Assembly (NCBI GenBank): GCA_038244165.1
Contig: JBBRTT010000010.1
Location: 11,905 to 75,904 of the forward strand
Direction of reading: 5' to 3'
DNA from: Lysobacterales bacterium
GTDB lineage: Bacteria; Pseudomonadota; Gammaproteobacteria; Xanthomonadales; Rhodanobacteraceae
Length of the DNA: 64,000 nucleotides
In this document: one piece after another, positions 39,729-49,056 of the stretch
How the letters are laid out: each line of letters begins with the position of its first letter
How positions within the stretch are numbered: the stretch's first letter is position 1
Notes under the pieces: model-generated
Databases searched by the model: none
Seen by the model: the letters and a program-made list of their open reading frames with translations, nothing else
What the model was told of the DNA's origin: nothing
Made by a program: the position numbers and the translations under genes

Positions 39729-41087
39729 ATGTCTGCCCCCTTGCGCACGCCTTCGGCGCGCTGGCGCCGCGAATTCCGCGACACTCTCATTCTGGCGGCA
39801 CCGCTGGTGCTCGGGCAGTTGTCCGCGATCGGCATGAATGTGGTTGACGTGCTGTTGGCCGGGCACTTCAACGCCCAGACTCTGGCGGCCGTCGCCATCG
39901 GCACCAGCGTGTGGACGCTGGCGATTGTCGCCGCCATCGGCGTGATGCTGGCGCTGCCGCCCTCGGTGGCGCAGCTGGCCGGTGCCGGCGCGCAGGACAA
40001 GATCGGCGCGCTGTTCCGTCAGGCGCTGTGGCTGGCGCTGGCACTCGGATTGGCGTTGTTCATCGGCGCGCGCCAGGCCGAACCATTGTTGCGCGCGATA
40101 GGTATAGGTTTACCCATTGTGGAGGATGCACAAAAGTTCCTTTGCGCCATTTCCTGGGGTGCGCCGGCGCTGACCGGCTATTTCGCCTTGCGCGGATTTT
40201 CCGAAGGTCTGGCGCTGACGCGGCCCACCATGTATTTCGGTTTTCTCGGCCTGGTTGCGCTGGCGCCGGTCGGATATGTGCTGATGTACGGCGCATTGGG
40301 TTTGCCGGCGCGCGGCGCGCAGGGCTTGGGCATGGCTACCGCAATCGTGTTGTGGCTGCAACTCGCCGCCTTCGCCGTCTACATCGCCGCGCGTCGTCAC
40401 TATCGACCGTTCGCGCCGTTCGCCAGCTTCGACTGGCCGCGGCCGCACGCGATCTTCGCCTTGTTGCGCCTGGGGGTGCCGATGGGCGTGGCGCTGTTGA
40501 TGGAGGCGGGGTTGTTCGTTGCCGCCGCGCTGCTGATCGGATCGCTCGGCACAACGATGGTGGCCGGCCACCAGGTCGCGATCAATGTCGCGTCGGTTGC
40601 GTTCATGTTGCCGCTCGGCGTCGCCATGGCCACCACCGTGCGTGTCGGCCGCGCCGTCGGCGCGGGCGATGCTGACGGCGTGCGTTACGCCGGTTTTGTC
40701 GGCATTGGCGCATCCCTGCTCACGCAAACGCTGTCGTGCGCACTGATGGCGTTTTTTCCTGGCGCAATTGCCGCGCTGTATACGGACGATCCCGAGGTCG
40801 CCGCGCTCGCCGCGCAATTGCTGTTGCTTGCCGCCATCTTCCAGTTTTCCGACGGCATCCAGGTGACCGCCAATGGCGCACTGCGCGGGCTCAAGGACAC
40901 CACCGTGCCCATGGTCATTACCGTGCTCGCCTATTGGGGCATCGGCATGCCGCTGGCGTATTGGCTGGGTTTTGGATTGGGCATGGGCGCGCGCGGCATC
41001 TGGATCGGCCTCATCGCCGGCCTCACCGGCGCCGCCGTGCTGCTTTTCGCCCGTTTCGCGCGCCTAGCGCGAAACTATCGGGCATGA
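39729..41087 (+). CDS. norM: MATE multidrug efflux transporter (NorM type)
   Basis: LAAPLVLGQL..GM.VVD, GHQVAINVAS.AFM.PLG, FQFSDGIQV...GALRG.KDT. Confidence 0.88.
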   Translation: MSAPLRTPSARWRREFRDTLILAAPLVLGQLSAIGMNVVDVLLAGHFNAQTLAAVAIGTSVWTLAIVAAIGVMLALPPSVAQLAGAGAQDKIGALFRQALWLALALGLALFIGARQAEPLLRAIGIGLPIVEDAQKFLCAISWGAPALTGYFALRGFSEGLALTRPTMYFGFLGLVALAPVGYVLMYGALGLPARGAQGLGMATAIVLWLQLAAFAVYIAARRHYRPFAPFASFDWPRPHAIFALLRLGVPMGVALLMEAGLFVAAALLIGSLGTTMVAGHQVAINVASVAFMLPLGVAMATTVRVGRAVGAGDADGVRYAGFVGIGASLLTQTLSCALMAFFPGAIAALYTDDPEVAALAAQLLLLAAIFQFSDGIQVTANGALRGLKDTTVPMVITVLAYWGIGMPLAYWLGFGLGMGARGIWIGLIAGLTGAAVLLFARFARLARNYRA

Positions 41088-41206
41088 AGCGCGCCTCGCG
41101 CGAAACTATCGGGCGTGAAGCGCGCCTCGCGCGAAACTATCGGGCGTGAAGCGCGCCTCGCGCGAAACTATCGGGCGTGAAGCGTGCCCCCCGCGAAACC
41201 ATTCGG
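41058..41206. repeat. Tandem repeat: four 31-bp units plus a degenerate fifth, starting inside the MATE 3' end
   Basis: Unit GCGCGCCTCGCGCGAAACTATCGGGCGTGAA at 41058 (two mismatches), 41089, 41120 and 41151; no spacers. Confidence 0.95.
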
Positions 41207-41304
41207 TTTAGAGGTGGCCCGGTGCGAAATTGCATGACTTGCGGCGCGTGCCAGTGCCGCAGTCTTTAGGGTAGGCTGGCCAAATCTGATTTGGAGTGCT
41301 CGGC

Positions 41305-43146
41305 ATGGGGGACAAAAAACCCGGATTCATTGTCAGCCTTTTCCAGGGTTTGTGGGGCGCGCTGAATTTCCTTCGGCGTCTGACCTTCAACCTGATCTTC
41401 GTGTTCCTGGTGGTCGCATTCGTCGTCGCGTTGTTGGCGGCCGCGCCGATGCTGCGCACGCGCAGCGCGCTCGTGCTCGATCCGAAAGGCAATATCGTGG
41501 AGCAGTTTACGAGTGCGCCGGCACAGCGTGCGTTCGCCGGATTTTTCGGCGACAAGGTTCACGAGGTGCAGTTGCGCGACATTCTCGCCGTGATCGCGGC
41601 GGCTGCAGACGACCAGCACATCGAACGCCTGGTGCTGGTCCCTGATGATATCGAAGGCGCGGGACTGGCCAGCCTGCGCGAGATCGCCGCGGCAATCGAT
41701 CATTTCAAGCAGAGTGGCAAGGAAGTCATCGCTGTCTCCAATGGCATGACCCAGGGACAGTATTATCTTGCGGCACATGCGGATCAGATCCTGCTGCATC
41801 CACAAGGCGCCGTGCTGTTGGAAGGCTTGGGCCGCTACCGCAGCTATTACAAGGATGCGCTCGATCGCCTTGGCGTCGTCGTGCATCTGTTCCGCGTCGG
41901 CGAATACAAGTCCGCGGCCGAGCCCTATGTGCGCAACGACTCGTCGCCTGAGGCCAAAGACGCCGATCTGTACTGGATGAATGGTGTCTGGGGCGACTAC
42001 ATCAGGGACGTCGCCGCCGCGCGCAAACTCGATGCGACGCAACTTTCTGCACAAATCCAGAATTACCCAGACGCCATCAAGGAGGCAGAGGGCGATCTGG
42101 CTGCACTTGCGCTGAAGCAAAAACTCGTTGATCGCCTGGCGACACGCGACGAAGCGCGTAGCCTGCTGATCGAAAAAGGCGTGAAGGACGACAAGACCTT
42201 CCGCCAGATCGACTTCCTGTCCTACCTGCATCGCATCGACCGCGAAAAACTGCCGGACACGCGTGCGCAGGTCGCCGTGGTCGTTGCCGAAGGCGAAATT
42301 GTCGGCGGCGATCAGCCACCGGGAACGGTCGGCGGCGAATCAACCTCGTACCTCATCCGCGCTGCGCGCGAGGACGACAAGGTCAAGGCGCTCGTGCTGC
42401 GGGTCAATTCGCCCGGTGGCGAAGTGTTCGCGTCGGAGCTGATCCGGCGCGAGGTCGAGCTCACGCGCCTCACCGGAAAGCCAGTGATGGTGTCGATGGG
42501 CGACGTCGCCGCGTCCGGCGGCTACTGGATCTCGATGAATGCAAACCGCATCTTCGCCGAGCCGACAACGATCACCGGCTCGATCGGCATTTTCGGCTTG
42601 ATCGCGAATTTCCCCGACACGCTGGCCAAGATCGGCGTGCACACCGATGGCGTCGGTACCACGCCCTTCGCCGGAGCGTTCGACATACGTCGCGCGCTCG
42701 ACCCAAAAATCGGCAGCGTGATCCAGAGTGTGATCGACAAGGGCTATCGCGATTTTATCGGCAATGTCGCCAAGGCCCGCAACAAGACGCCCGCAGAAAT
42801 CGATGCGATCGCACGCGGCCGCGTGTGGAGCGGCAGCCAGGCCAAGGAACGCGGCCTGGTCGACGAACTCGGTGGCTTGAGCCAGGCCACTGCCGCCGCC
42901 GCACAGGCAGCCAATCTCGGCACCGACTATCACGTGCGCTATGTCGAAAAGGATTTGACGTTCTGGGAAAAGCTTGCGCTGGATCTGAACAGTCAGGCGC
43001 TGGCCGGCGTCGGCCGCGCCTCCATTCCCGAGTTTGCGCGTGGCTGGCTGGCGGCGCCGGATCTGCGCAACCAGCTCGCGTTGCTGCGCAGCCTTGGCGG
43101 CAACAAGATTGGAGTGTTTGCGTATTGTTTTTGTGAGATTCGCTAA
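41305..43146 (+). CDS. sppA: Signal peptide peptidase SppA (67K type)
   Basis: RVGEYKSAAEP, LRVNSPGG, SMGDVAASGGYW, TITGSIGIFG, ARGRVWSG. Confidence 0.95.
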   Translation: MGDKKPGFIVSLFQGLWGALNFLRRLTFNLIFVFLVVAFVVALLAAAPMLRTRSALVLDPKGNIVEQFTSAPAQRAFAGFFGDKVHEVQLRDILAVIAAAADDQHIERLVLVPDDIEGAGLASLREIAAAIDHFKQSGKEVIAVSNGMTQGQYYLAAHADQILLHPQGAVLLEGLGRYRSYYKDALDRLGVVVHLFRVGEYKSAAEPYVRNDSSPEAKDADLYWMNGVWGDYIRDVAAARKLDATQLSAQIQNYPDAIKEAEGDLAALALKQKLVDRLATRDEARSLLIEKGVKDDKTFRQIDFLSYLHRIDREKLPDTRAQVAVVVAEGEIVGGDQPPGTVGGESTSYLIRAAREDDKVKALVLRVNSPGGEVFASELIRREVELTRLTGKPVMVSMGDVAASGGYWISMNANRIFAEPTTITGSIGIFGLIANFPDTLAKIGVHTDGVGTTPFAGAFDIRRALDPKIGSVIQSVIDKGYRDFIGNVAKARNKTPAEIDAIARGRVWSGSQAKERGLVDELGGLSQATAAAAQAANLGTDYHVRYVEKDLTFWEKLALDLNSQALAGVGRASIPEFARGWLAAPDLRNQLALLRSLGGNKIGVFAYCFCEIR

Positions 43147-43197
43147 GGGGCGGACGACTCAAGTTCAAGCGTCAGCGCTCGGCTTCGCCTCGCTGGC

Positions 43198-43304
43198 TGT
43201 TGCTAAGCTCGCGCATCCGGCGCTCGCTAAGCAACCCGGCCGCTCGCTCCGGCGCGCGGCGTTCGGCCTCGCGCGCGATGCGCTTCAACGCATCGCGCGC
43301 GCGC
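43198..43304. repeat. Composite palindromic intergenic element (REP-like), includes copy 2
   Basis: GTTGCTAAG..CGCATCC..CTAAGCAAC hairpin plus the 30-mer at 43269-43298 shared with 11023-11052; lies between convergent genes. Confidence 0.7.
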
Positions 43305-43310
43305 TCGTCC

Positions 43311-43526
43311 TCACCCACCTTCATCCTGTAACTTCTTGTCCGCATCCGCCTTCTGCTGATCCACCGTCTTCTGCACGTCTTTGGCTCTCTGCAGTGCCTT
43401 TAGTTGCGTATCTAACACGGTTTTTTCCGCAGGAGGTGGCGTTTGCGCCTGCGGTGGTGGGGTCTTGCTGCTTGAGCAGGCGGCGAGCGTCAACGCTACG
43501 GCGACGAGCAAAATCGGACTACGCAT
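43311..43526 (-). CDS. Small lipoprotein
   Basis: Lipobox LAAC, Pro-rich linker, coiled-coil tail. Confidence 0.75.
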   Translation of the reverse strand: MRSPILLVAVALTLAACSSSKTPPPQAQTPPPAEKTVLDTQLKALQRAKDVQKTVDQQKADADKKLQDEGG

Positions 43527-43615
43527 GGCACTCTCCCGAAACGGTGGGTAAAGTCTGCGCCGTGAGCATGGTTACCGCAAGGCACGTGCTGGCAAATCCG
43601 ATGAGAGGATGAAAG

Positions 43616-44398
43616 ATGACGACGAACCTCGCGCGCTGGCGTCTGGATGGCCAAACCGCGCTGGTCAGCGGCGCCAGCAAGGGTATTGGCCTGGCTTGCG
43701 CGCGCGAGCTCGCCGCGCTCGGCGCCGACGTGTTGTTGATTGCGCGCGACGAGGCGCACCTGGAGCATGCGCGCAACGAGCTTATCGAGGAATTTCCCGA
43801 GCGCGAATTTTTTTCGTTCGCCGCGGACGCCACGCAACACGAGCAACGCCTGGAGATTTTCGACTGGATTGCCGATCTTGAAATGCCCTTGTCGTTGCTG
43901 GTGAACAATGTCGGCGGCAATGCCAGCAAACCGGCGCTGGACTACGACGAAGGCCAAGTGCGTGCGCTGCTCGACATCAATGCGGTATCGGCTTTTGAAC
44001 TGTGCCGGCTCGCGCATCCGTACTTGAGCGAACACGCGAACGCGGCGATCGTCAACGTGACCTCCGTGTCCGGTCTGGTGCATGTGCGCACCGGTGCGGT
44101 ATATGGCATGGCCAAGGCCGCACTCACGCAACTCACGCGCAACCTGGCCTGCGAATGGGCGGCCGACGGTATCCGCGTCAATGCGGTTGCACCGTGGTAC
44201 ATCCGCACGCAGCGCACCGAATCCGCGCTGGCTGATCCGGACTACCTGGACGAAGTGCTCGCACGCACGCCGATGGGTCGCATTGGCGAACCCGAGGAAG
44301 TTGCCGCGGCAGTCGCATTCCTGTGCATGCCGGCAGCGGCCTACATCACCGGCGAATGCATTGCCGTCGATGGCGGGTTCCTGCGTTACGGATTTTAG
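43616..44398 (+). CDS. Short-chain dehydrogenase/reductase (tropinone reductase-like)
   Basis: [32 protein letters not shown]. Confidence 0.92.
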   Translation: MTTNLARWRLDGQTALVSGASKGIGLACARELAALGADVLLIARDEAHLEHARNELIEEFPEREFFSFAADATQHEQRLEIFDWIADLEMPLSLLVNNVGGNASKPALDYDEGQVRALLDINAVSAFELCRLAHPYLSEHANAAIVNVTSVSGLVHVRTGAVYGMAKAALTQLTRNLACEWAADGIRVNAVAPWYIRTQRTESALADPDYLDEVLARTPMGRIGEPEEVAAAVAFLCMPAAAYITGECIAVDGGFLRYGF

Positions 44399-44464
44399 GA
44401 GTGCGGCCATGGATGGACGCTTTTTGATCTTCGTGATCATGGACGAGCACAGGTAGTGGTCACC

Positions 44465-45346
44465 ATGGCTGCAGGAAAACGCGAACACGTTCTGCGTTTG
44501 GCGTATCAACCGCCATACGATTTCAGCGCATTGCTGGGGTTCTTTGCGCGGCGTGCGATTCCGGGCGTCGAGCAGATCGACAGCGAAACCTATTCGCGAC
44601 GATTCGCGCTGGACGGAGCGATCGGCAGCCTGCGTGTCAGCCAGATCGCAGACGACGATGCGCTCGACCTGGTAATCGATTTTCCGCGCGCTGCACAGAT
44701 CGACGATATCTCATCGCGCGTGCGCCGGATGTTCGATGTGGATGCCGACATCGCCACAATTCATGCGCGGCTGGGGCGCAAGGCGCCATTGCGCACGCTG
44801 GTGCGTCGGCATCCCGGCCAGCGCCTGCCGGGCGGCTGGGATGGCTTCGAGATTGCGGTACGCGCGGTGCTCGGTCAGCAGATCAGTGTTGCGGCGGCGC
44901 GCACGCTCGCCTCGCGGCTGGTGCAGCGCTTCGGCATGCAAGTCAGTTTGCCGAGTGGCGAAGAATGCCACTTGTTTCCAGCACCGCGCGATCTGGTCGA
45001 CGCTGATCTCGGCGCGATCGGCCTGACGCAGGCGCGGGCGCAGACTCTGCGCTCGATGGCGCAGGCGTTGTGCGAGGGCCGCGTGGATTTTCGTCGCGAG
45101 CAGAGCCTTGAAGAATTCGTGGGCAAGTGGGTGCAACTGCCCGGCATCGGCGCATGGACTGCGCATTACATTGCAATGCGTGCGCTGAGCCACGCCGACG
45201 CGTTTCCTGCGGCCGACCTGGTACTGCGCAAGGCGGTGTCGCCAGATGGCGTGCCCGTGCCGCTCAAGCAATTGCAGGCCATGGCCGATGCCTGGCGACC
45301 CTGGCGCGCCTACGCCGTGCTGCACTTGTGGCGCAGTCAGAGTTAG
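44465..45346 (+). CDS. alkA: DNA-3-methyladenine glycosylase II (AlkA_N plus HhH-GPD), without an Ada domain
   Basis: LAYQPPYD, RAIPGVE, AVRAVLGQQISV, LPGIGAWTAHYIAMR, WRPWRAYA. Confidence 0.88.
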   Translation: MAAGKREHVLRLAYQPPYDFSALLGFFARRAIPGVEQIDSETYSRRFALDGAIGSLRVSQIADDDALDLVIDFPRAAQIDDISSRVRRMFDVDADIATIHARLGRKAPLRTLVRRHPGQRLPGGWDGFEIAVRAVLGQQISVAAARTLASRLVQRFGMQVSLPSGEECHLFPAPRDLVDADLGAIGLTQARAQTLRSMAQALCEGRVDFRREQSLEEFVGKWVQLPGIGAWTAHYIAMRALSHADAFPAADLVLRKAVSPDGVPVPLKQLQAMADAWRPWRAYAVLHLWRSQS

Positions 45347-45355
45347 CATCCGCAC

Positions 45356-45850
45356 ATGATGTACTACGATTTCCTGGATACGCCGGTCGGCCGCCTGCTA
45401 CTCGCGCTCGATGGTCAGGGCCTGCGTCACATCGATTTCGAAAGCGGCCGCCATCCGACACCGATCGGCGCAGACTGGGAGCGCGGCGCCGGCGCCCTGC
45501 ACGAAGCGCGCGTGCAATTGAAAGCGTATTTTGCCGGACGCCTGACCGAATTCGATCTGCCCCTGGCGCCGCAGGGCACGGATTTCCAGCAGCAGGTCTG
45601 GCTGGAGTTGCTGCGTATTCCGTATGCCGCGACGATGAGTTACGGAGAGATCGCGCGCCGCCTCGGCGATCCGACCGCGTCACGCGCCGTGGGTGCCGCA
45701 AACGGCCGCAATCCTCTGCCGATCGTTGTGCCTTGTCATCGCGTGATCGGCGCCGACGGCAGTCTCACGGGCTTCGGCGGCGGTCTGCCGGTGAAGCGCT
45801 TTCTGCTCGATCACGAGCAGCGCAACTCCACTTTCGCCCTGGCGCCGTAA
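45356..45850 (+). CDS. ogt: Methylated-DNA-protein-cysteine methyltransferase
   Basis: [18 protein letters not shown], active-site PCHRV. Confidence 0.93.
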   Translation: MMYYDFLDTPVGRLLLALDGQGLRHIDFESGRHPTPIGADWERGAGALHEARVQLKAYFAGRLTEFDLPLAPQGTDFQQQVWLELLRIPYAATMSYGEIARRLGDPTASRAVGAANGRNPLPIVVPCHRVIGADGSLTGFGGGLPVKRFLLDHEQRNSTFALAP

Positions 45851-45856
45851 GCGGGC

Positions 45857-46513
45857 TCAGCAGCCGCGAATCTGCTTGTCGATCTCGTCCGCCTGCGGTT
45901 GCAGCTCGGCCTGTTCGTCCTTGAATGCGCGCCGCAGTTTTGCGTGCACCTGATCGTATTGTTCACGCAGGTAGTCGCAGGTCTGCTCGGGCGTGGCGCG
46001 TTCACATTGATCCTGGATGGCGACATAGGCGCCGGCAACGGCCGCCTGCGGCGAGGTGTCGACCGGGATCTTGCGCACGCCGGGCGCGGAAACGCTTATG
46101 CCGCCAGGACCGTAAGCCTGGGTCAGTGGCTTGTTGGGTATGCCGAGGACGCCAGCGGGCACCATGCGCGGTGGCGTCGCACCATCGTGGCTTACGAAGT
46201 GGGTGCCATCTTCCGGGCGCGTGCACAGCCACAGTGGCGGCAAAACCCGTTCCACTCGCTGCGGAATCACTGGTGGCGGCGGCAGCGCTGATGACGATTC
46301 GGGCGTGGAGCCTTCGCCACCGCTTGCGGCGGCCGGTGCTTGCGGCGGCGTGGTGACATGGATTGCCGTTTCCGTGTCGCCACTGCGGCACGCTTGATCC
46401 TGAAACGTGATCGCACCTTGTGGATTAGTGCACTTGTACACATTGCCAGCATGCGCGCCATTGGGTAAGCAAGGCGCGAGCAGCAGGAGCAGAACAGTTC
46501 GGCGTAAATGCAT
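45857..46513 (-). CDS. DUF4124-domain exported protein
   Basis: Signal peptide, then VYKC.NPQG.ITFQDQ.C. Confidence 0.75.
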   Translation of the reverse strand: MHLRRTVLLLLLAPCLPNGAHAGNVYKCTNPQGAITFQDQACRSGDTETAIHVTTPPQAPAAASGGEGSTPESSSALPPPPVIPQRVERVLPPLWLCTRPEDGTHFVSHDGATPPRMVPAGVLGIPNKPLTQAYGPGGISVSAPGVRKIPVDTSPQAAVAGAYVAIQDQCERATPEQTCDYLREQYDQVHAKLRRAFKDEQAELQPQADEIDKQIRGC

Positions 46514-46603
46514 GAGGATTCCTTCTGGCGCATTCTAGCGCGACCCCTTGCCCGACGCCCGAACGGCTGCGATGCTTCAGCCCCCGAGCAAACGTGCGCA
46601 ACC

Positions 46604-47629
46604 ATGATCGATCTGTTCAGCGACACCAAGACCCGGCCCTCCGCGGCGATGCGTCAGGTAATGGCAAACGCCGAAGTCGGCGACGAGCGCGCCAACGAAG
46701 ACCCCAGCGTCAACCGCCTCGTGGAGCGCTGTGCTGCACTATTAGGCAAGCAGGCCGCGCTGTTCCTGCCCTCGGGCACGATGTGCAACGAAATCGCACT
46801 CGCCGCGCATTGCCGGCCGGGTGATGAAGTGATCTGCGACGCGACCTCGCACATCATCGGCTTCGAAGGCGGCGGACCGGCAGCGCTTGCCGGCGTCATG
46901 CTCAATCCTATTGCCGGTGTCCGCGGAATCTACTCGGCTGCGCAGCTCGCCGAAAAAATCCATCCCGACTGGCTGCATGCGCCGCGCCAGCGCCTGGTTG
47001 CCGTCGAACAAACCACGAACCTCGGCGGCGGCGCGATCTGGCCCTTGTCCACGTTGCAGGAGGTAACCAAGGTCGCGCACACCGCCGGGCTGGCGACGCA
47101 TATGGATGGCGCGCGCCTGCTCAATGCCTGTGTCGCCAGTGGTGTCAGCGCAGCGGACCATGCGCGCGAGTTTGATTCGGTGTGGATCGATTTTTCCAAG
47201 GGCCTGGGCGCGCCGGGCGGTGCAGTGCTTGCCGGCGGGCGCGATTTCATCCACGAAGCCACGCGTCTGAAACTGCGTTGGGGCGGTGCGATGCGTCAAA
47301 GTGGAATCATCGCGGCAGCGTGCGAATACGCGCTGGATCACCACGTCGCGCGTCTGGCCGACGATCATGCGAACGCGAAACACCTGGCCGACGGCATCGC
47401 GAAGATCGCCGGACTGCGCATCGACGTGGCGGGCGTGCAAACCAATCTCGTCTATTTCGAAGTTACGGCACCGGCCTGGGATGCGGAAAAACTTTGCGCT
47501 GCTCTTCAGGCACGCGGCGTACGCCTGTGGGCGATGGCAGCGCGCACGGTCCGGGCGGTGACGCACCTGGATATCGACAGCAAGGCAATCGATGCGGCGC
47601 TAGACGCGCTCAAACAAATCCTGCGCTAG
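46604..47629 (+). CDS. ltaE: Low-specificity L-threonine aldolase (PLP-dependent)
   Basis: IDLFSDT.T.P, FLPSGTMCN, HMDGARLLNA, FSKGLGAPGG, GGAMRQSG. Confidence 0.9.
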   Translation: MIDLFSDTKTRPSAAMRQVMANAEVGDERANEDPSVNRLVERCAALLGKQAALFLPSGTMCNEIALAAHCRPGDEVICDATSHIIGFEGGGPAALAGVMLNPIAGVRGIYSAAQLAEKIHPDWLHAPRQRLVAVEQTTNLGGGAIWPLSTLQEVTKVAHTAGLATHMDGARLLNACVASGVSAADHAREFDSVWIDFSKGLGAPGGAVLAGGRDFIHEATRLKLRWGGAMRQSGIIAAACEYALDHHVARLADDHANAKHLADGIAKIAGLRIDVAGVQTNLVYFEVTAPAWDAEKLCAALQARGVRLWAMAARTVRAVTHLDIDSKAIDAALDALKQILR

Positions 47630-47630
47630 C

Positions 47631-48260
47631 TCAGCGCGCGCGCTCCACGCCCACCGGCAACGTGGCGATGCGCTGGTACTCGGCGCTCGCAAACCGGTCA
47701 GGATGCGCGAGCCAGTCCTCGATCATTGCCGACGCATCGTTTCCCCAGAAGCGTTCGCCGCCGATGCGCAACGTGGGAATACCGAAGACGTCCGCCGCGA
47801 GCGCCGCGTCGGTGTTTGCGCGCAACTGGGCCTTCACCTCTGTGGAATTTGTTGCATTTTCCACATCGGCAACCCCAAGCGCGCGACCGACCTCGGCCAA
47901 TTCCCCAGCATTCGTCCCGGCACGTCCATCGCGCCAGAGATGATTGAAAATCGCCTCGACCGACTCCCAGCTCGTACCGGCAGCAATGCATAGGCGCAGC
48001 GCCGACAGCGGATTGAATGGATGCGCCGGCGGAAAGCGCAGCTCAGTGCCTTCGTTTTCGGCCTGCCACAGCACGAAGCGATAGGTGAATTCGCGCTTGG
48101 CGGGAATTTCCGCGGGCCCGATATTGTCGTGATGCTTGAGCATCGCGCCGAACGCCACCGGCACCGGCGTGATCGCGAAGCGCTGCCGCCACTGGCGCAC
48201 CTTGCGCAGTTGCAGATACGAAAACGGCGAGATGAAATCGAAATACCAGTCAGCTTGCAT
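47631..48260 (-). CDS. DsbA-family / 2-hydroxychromene-2-carboxylate isomerase (kappa-GST-like)
   Basis: WYFDFISPFSYL, GPAEIPAKR, HPFNPL, VFGIPT, FWGND. Confidence 0.88.
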   Translation of the reverse strand: MQADWYFDFISPFSYLQLRKVRQWRQRFAITPVPVAFGAMLKHHDNIGPAEIPAKREFTYRFVLWQAENEGTELRFPPAHPFNPLSALRLCIAAGTSWESVEAIFNHLWRDGRAGTNAGELAEVGRALGVADVENATNSTEVKAQLRANTDAALAADVFGIPTLRIGGERFWGNDASAMIEDWLAHPDRFASAEYQRIATLPVGVERAR

Positions 48261-48275
48261 GGCGGCTTGCCTGGA

Positions 48276-49046
48276 TCACGGCGGGCACAGGGAGACAAGT
48301 TCGAGATTGTCGACGAAGGTATGCGCTGAAATCATTGTCGGCGACATCAGGCTGCTCCAGGAATCGACCGCTATTCCGCCGGTGATGTTCTGCAGCACGC
48401 CGGTCGTATCCACAACGCTGGTTTGCCATGCGCCGGGTTCGGCATCGCTGGCAAGCCAGAGTTTGGCACGCAACAGCGTTTGCGTGGGACTCGTCTGCTG
48501 CACTTGAAAACGCACGCGGTAATCCGCACCGGCAGTGATCGCCGGCGAGGCGTGGGCGAACGGAAGCTGGCTTTCGGTGCCGTCGGTTTCCTTCCACAGG
48601 CCGATACCCGGCTGACCGCGAAAGCCGCCTTCGACAAATACCGCGTAGCCTTGTCCATGCGTCGTGGTCTGGGTCAGGTAGCCGCCGTTCTGACGCACGT
48701 AGAAACCGACACCTTGCGTAGCCATATCTTCCAGACGCAGGCTGAAGCGCACTTCGACATCGCGGGTGCTTGTCGTCGCGCCCATGCGCGCTAGCGAATA
48801 GTTTGTCGGCATAGGCCTAAGTCGCGCCCCGCCTTGCTGGATGTCGGCGAGCGCGACATTGCCCAGCACCGCCCATGGCGCCGGCCACGCGCTGCCGTCG
48901 CCGAGCGTGAACGGTTCGGCGTAAGTCAGGTTGCCGCAACCGGATTCGAAACCGTCCAGCAGGATGATATCGACCGTTCCCGCCGGTGCAGCGGCAGGCA
49001 CCAACAACGCCGACAGGAAGGCAAATTGGCGGCAGATTTGCTTCAT
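48276..49046 (-). CDS. Exported beta-sandwich (lectin-like) hypothetical protein
   Basis: Signal peptide from ATG 49046, then DIILLDGFE; YRVRFQV...LRAKLW...EP..WQ. Confidence 0.65.
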   Translation of the reverse strand: MKQICRQFAFLSALLVPAAAPAGTVDIILLDGFESGCGNLTYAEPFTLGDGSAWPAPWAVLGNVALADIQQGGARLRPMPTNYSLARMGATTSTRDVEVRFSLRLEDMATQGVGFYVRQNGGYLTQTTTHGQGYAVFVEGGFRGQPGIGLWKETDGTESQLPFAHASPAITAGADYRVRFQVQQTSPTQTLLRAKLWLASDAEPGAWQTSVVDTTGVLQNITGGIAVDSWSSLMSPTMISAHTFVDNLELVSLCPP

Positions 49047-49056
49047 CGCGCCCGCT

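Noticed and set aside
41058-41206. 31-bp repeats as a CRISPR array
   Set aside because: The units are directly adjacent with no spacers, overlap a coding end, and no cas genes are present.
44465-45850. alkA-ogt without Ada as a pseudogenised adaptive-response operon
   Set aside because: Both ORFs are intact and no Ada remnant is visible upstream; stand-alone AlkA is common.
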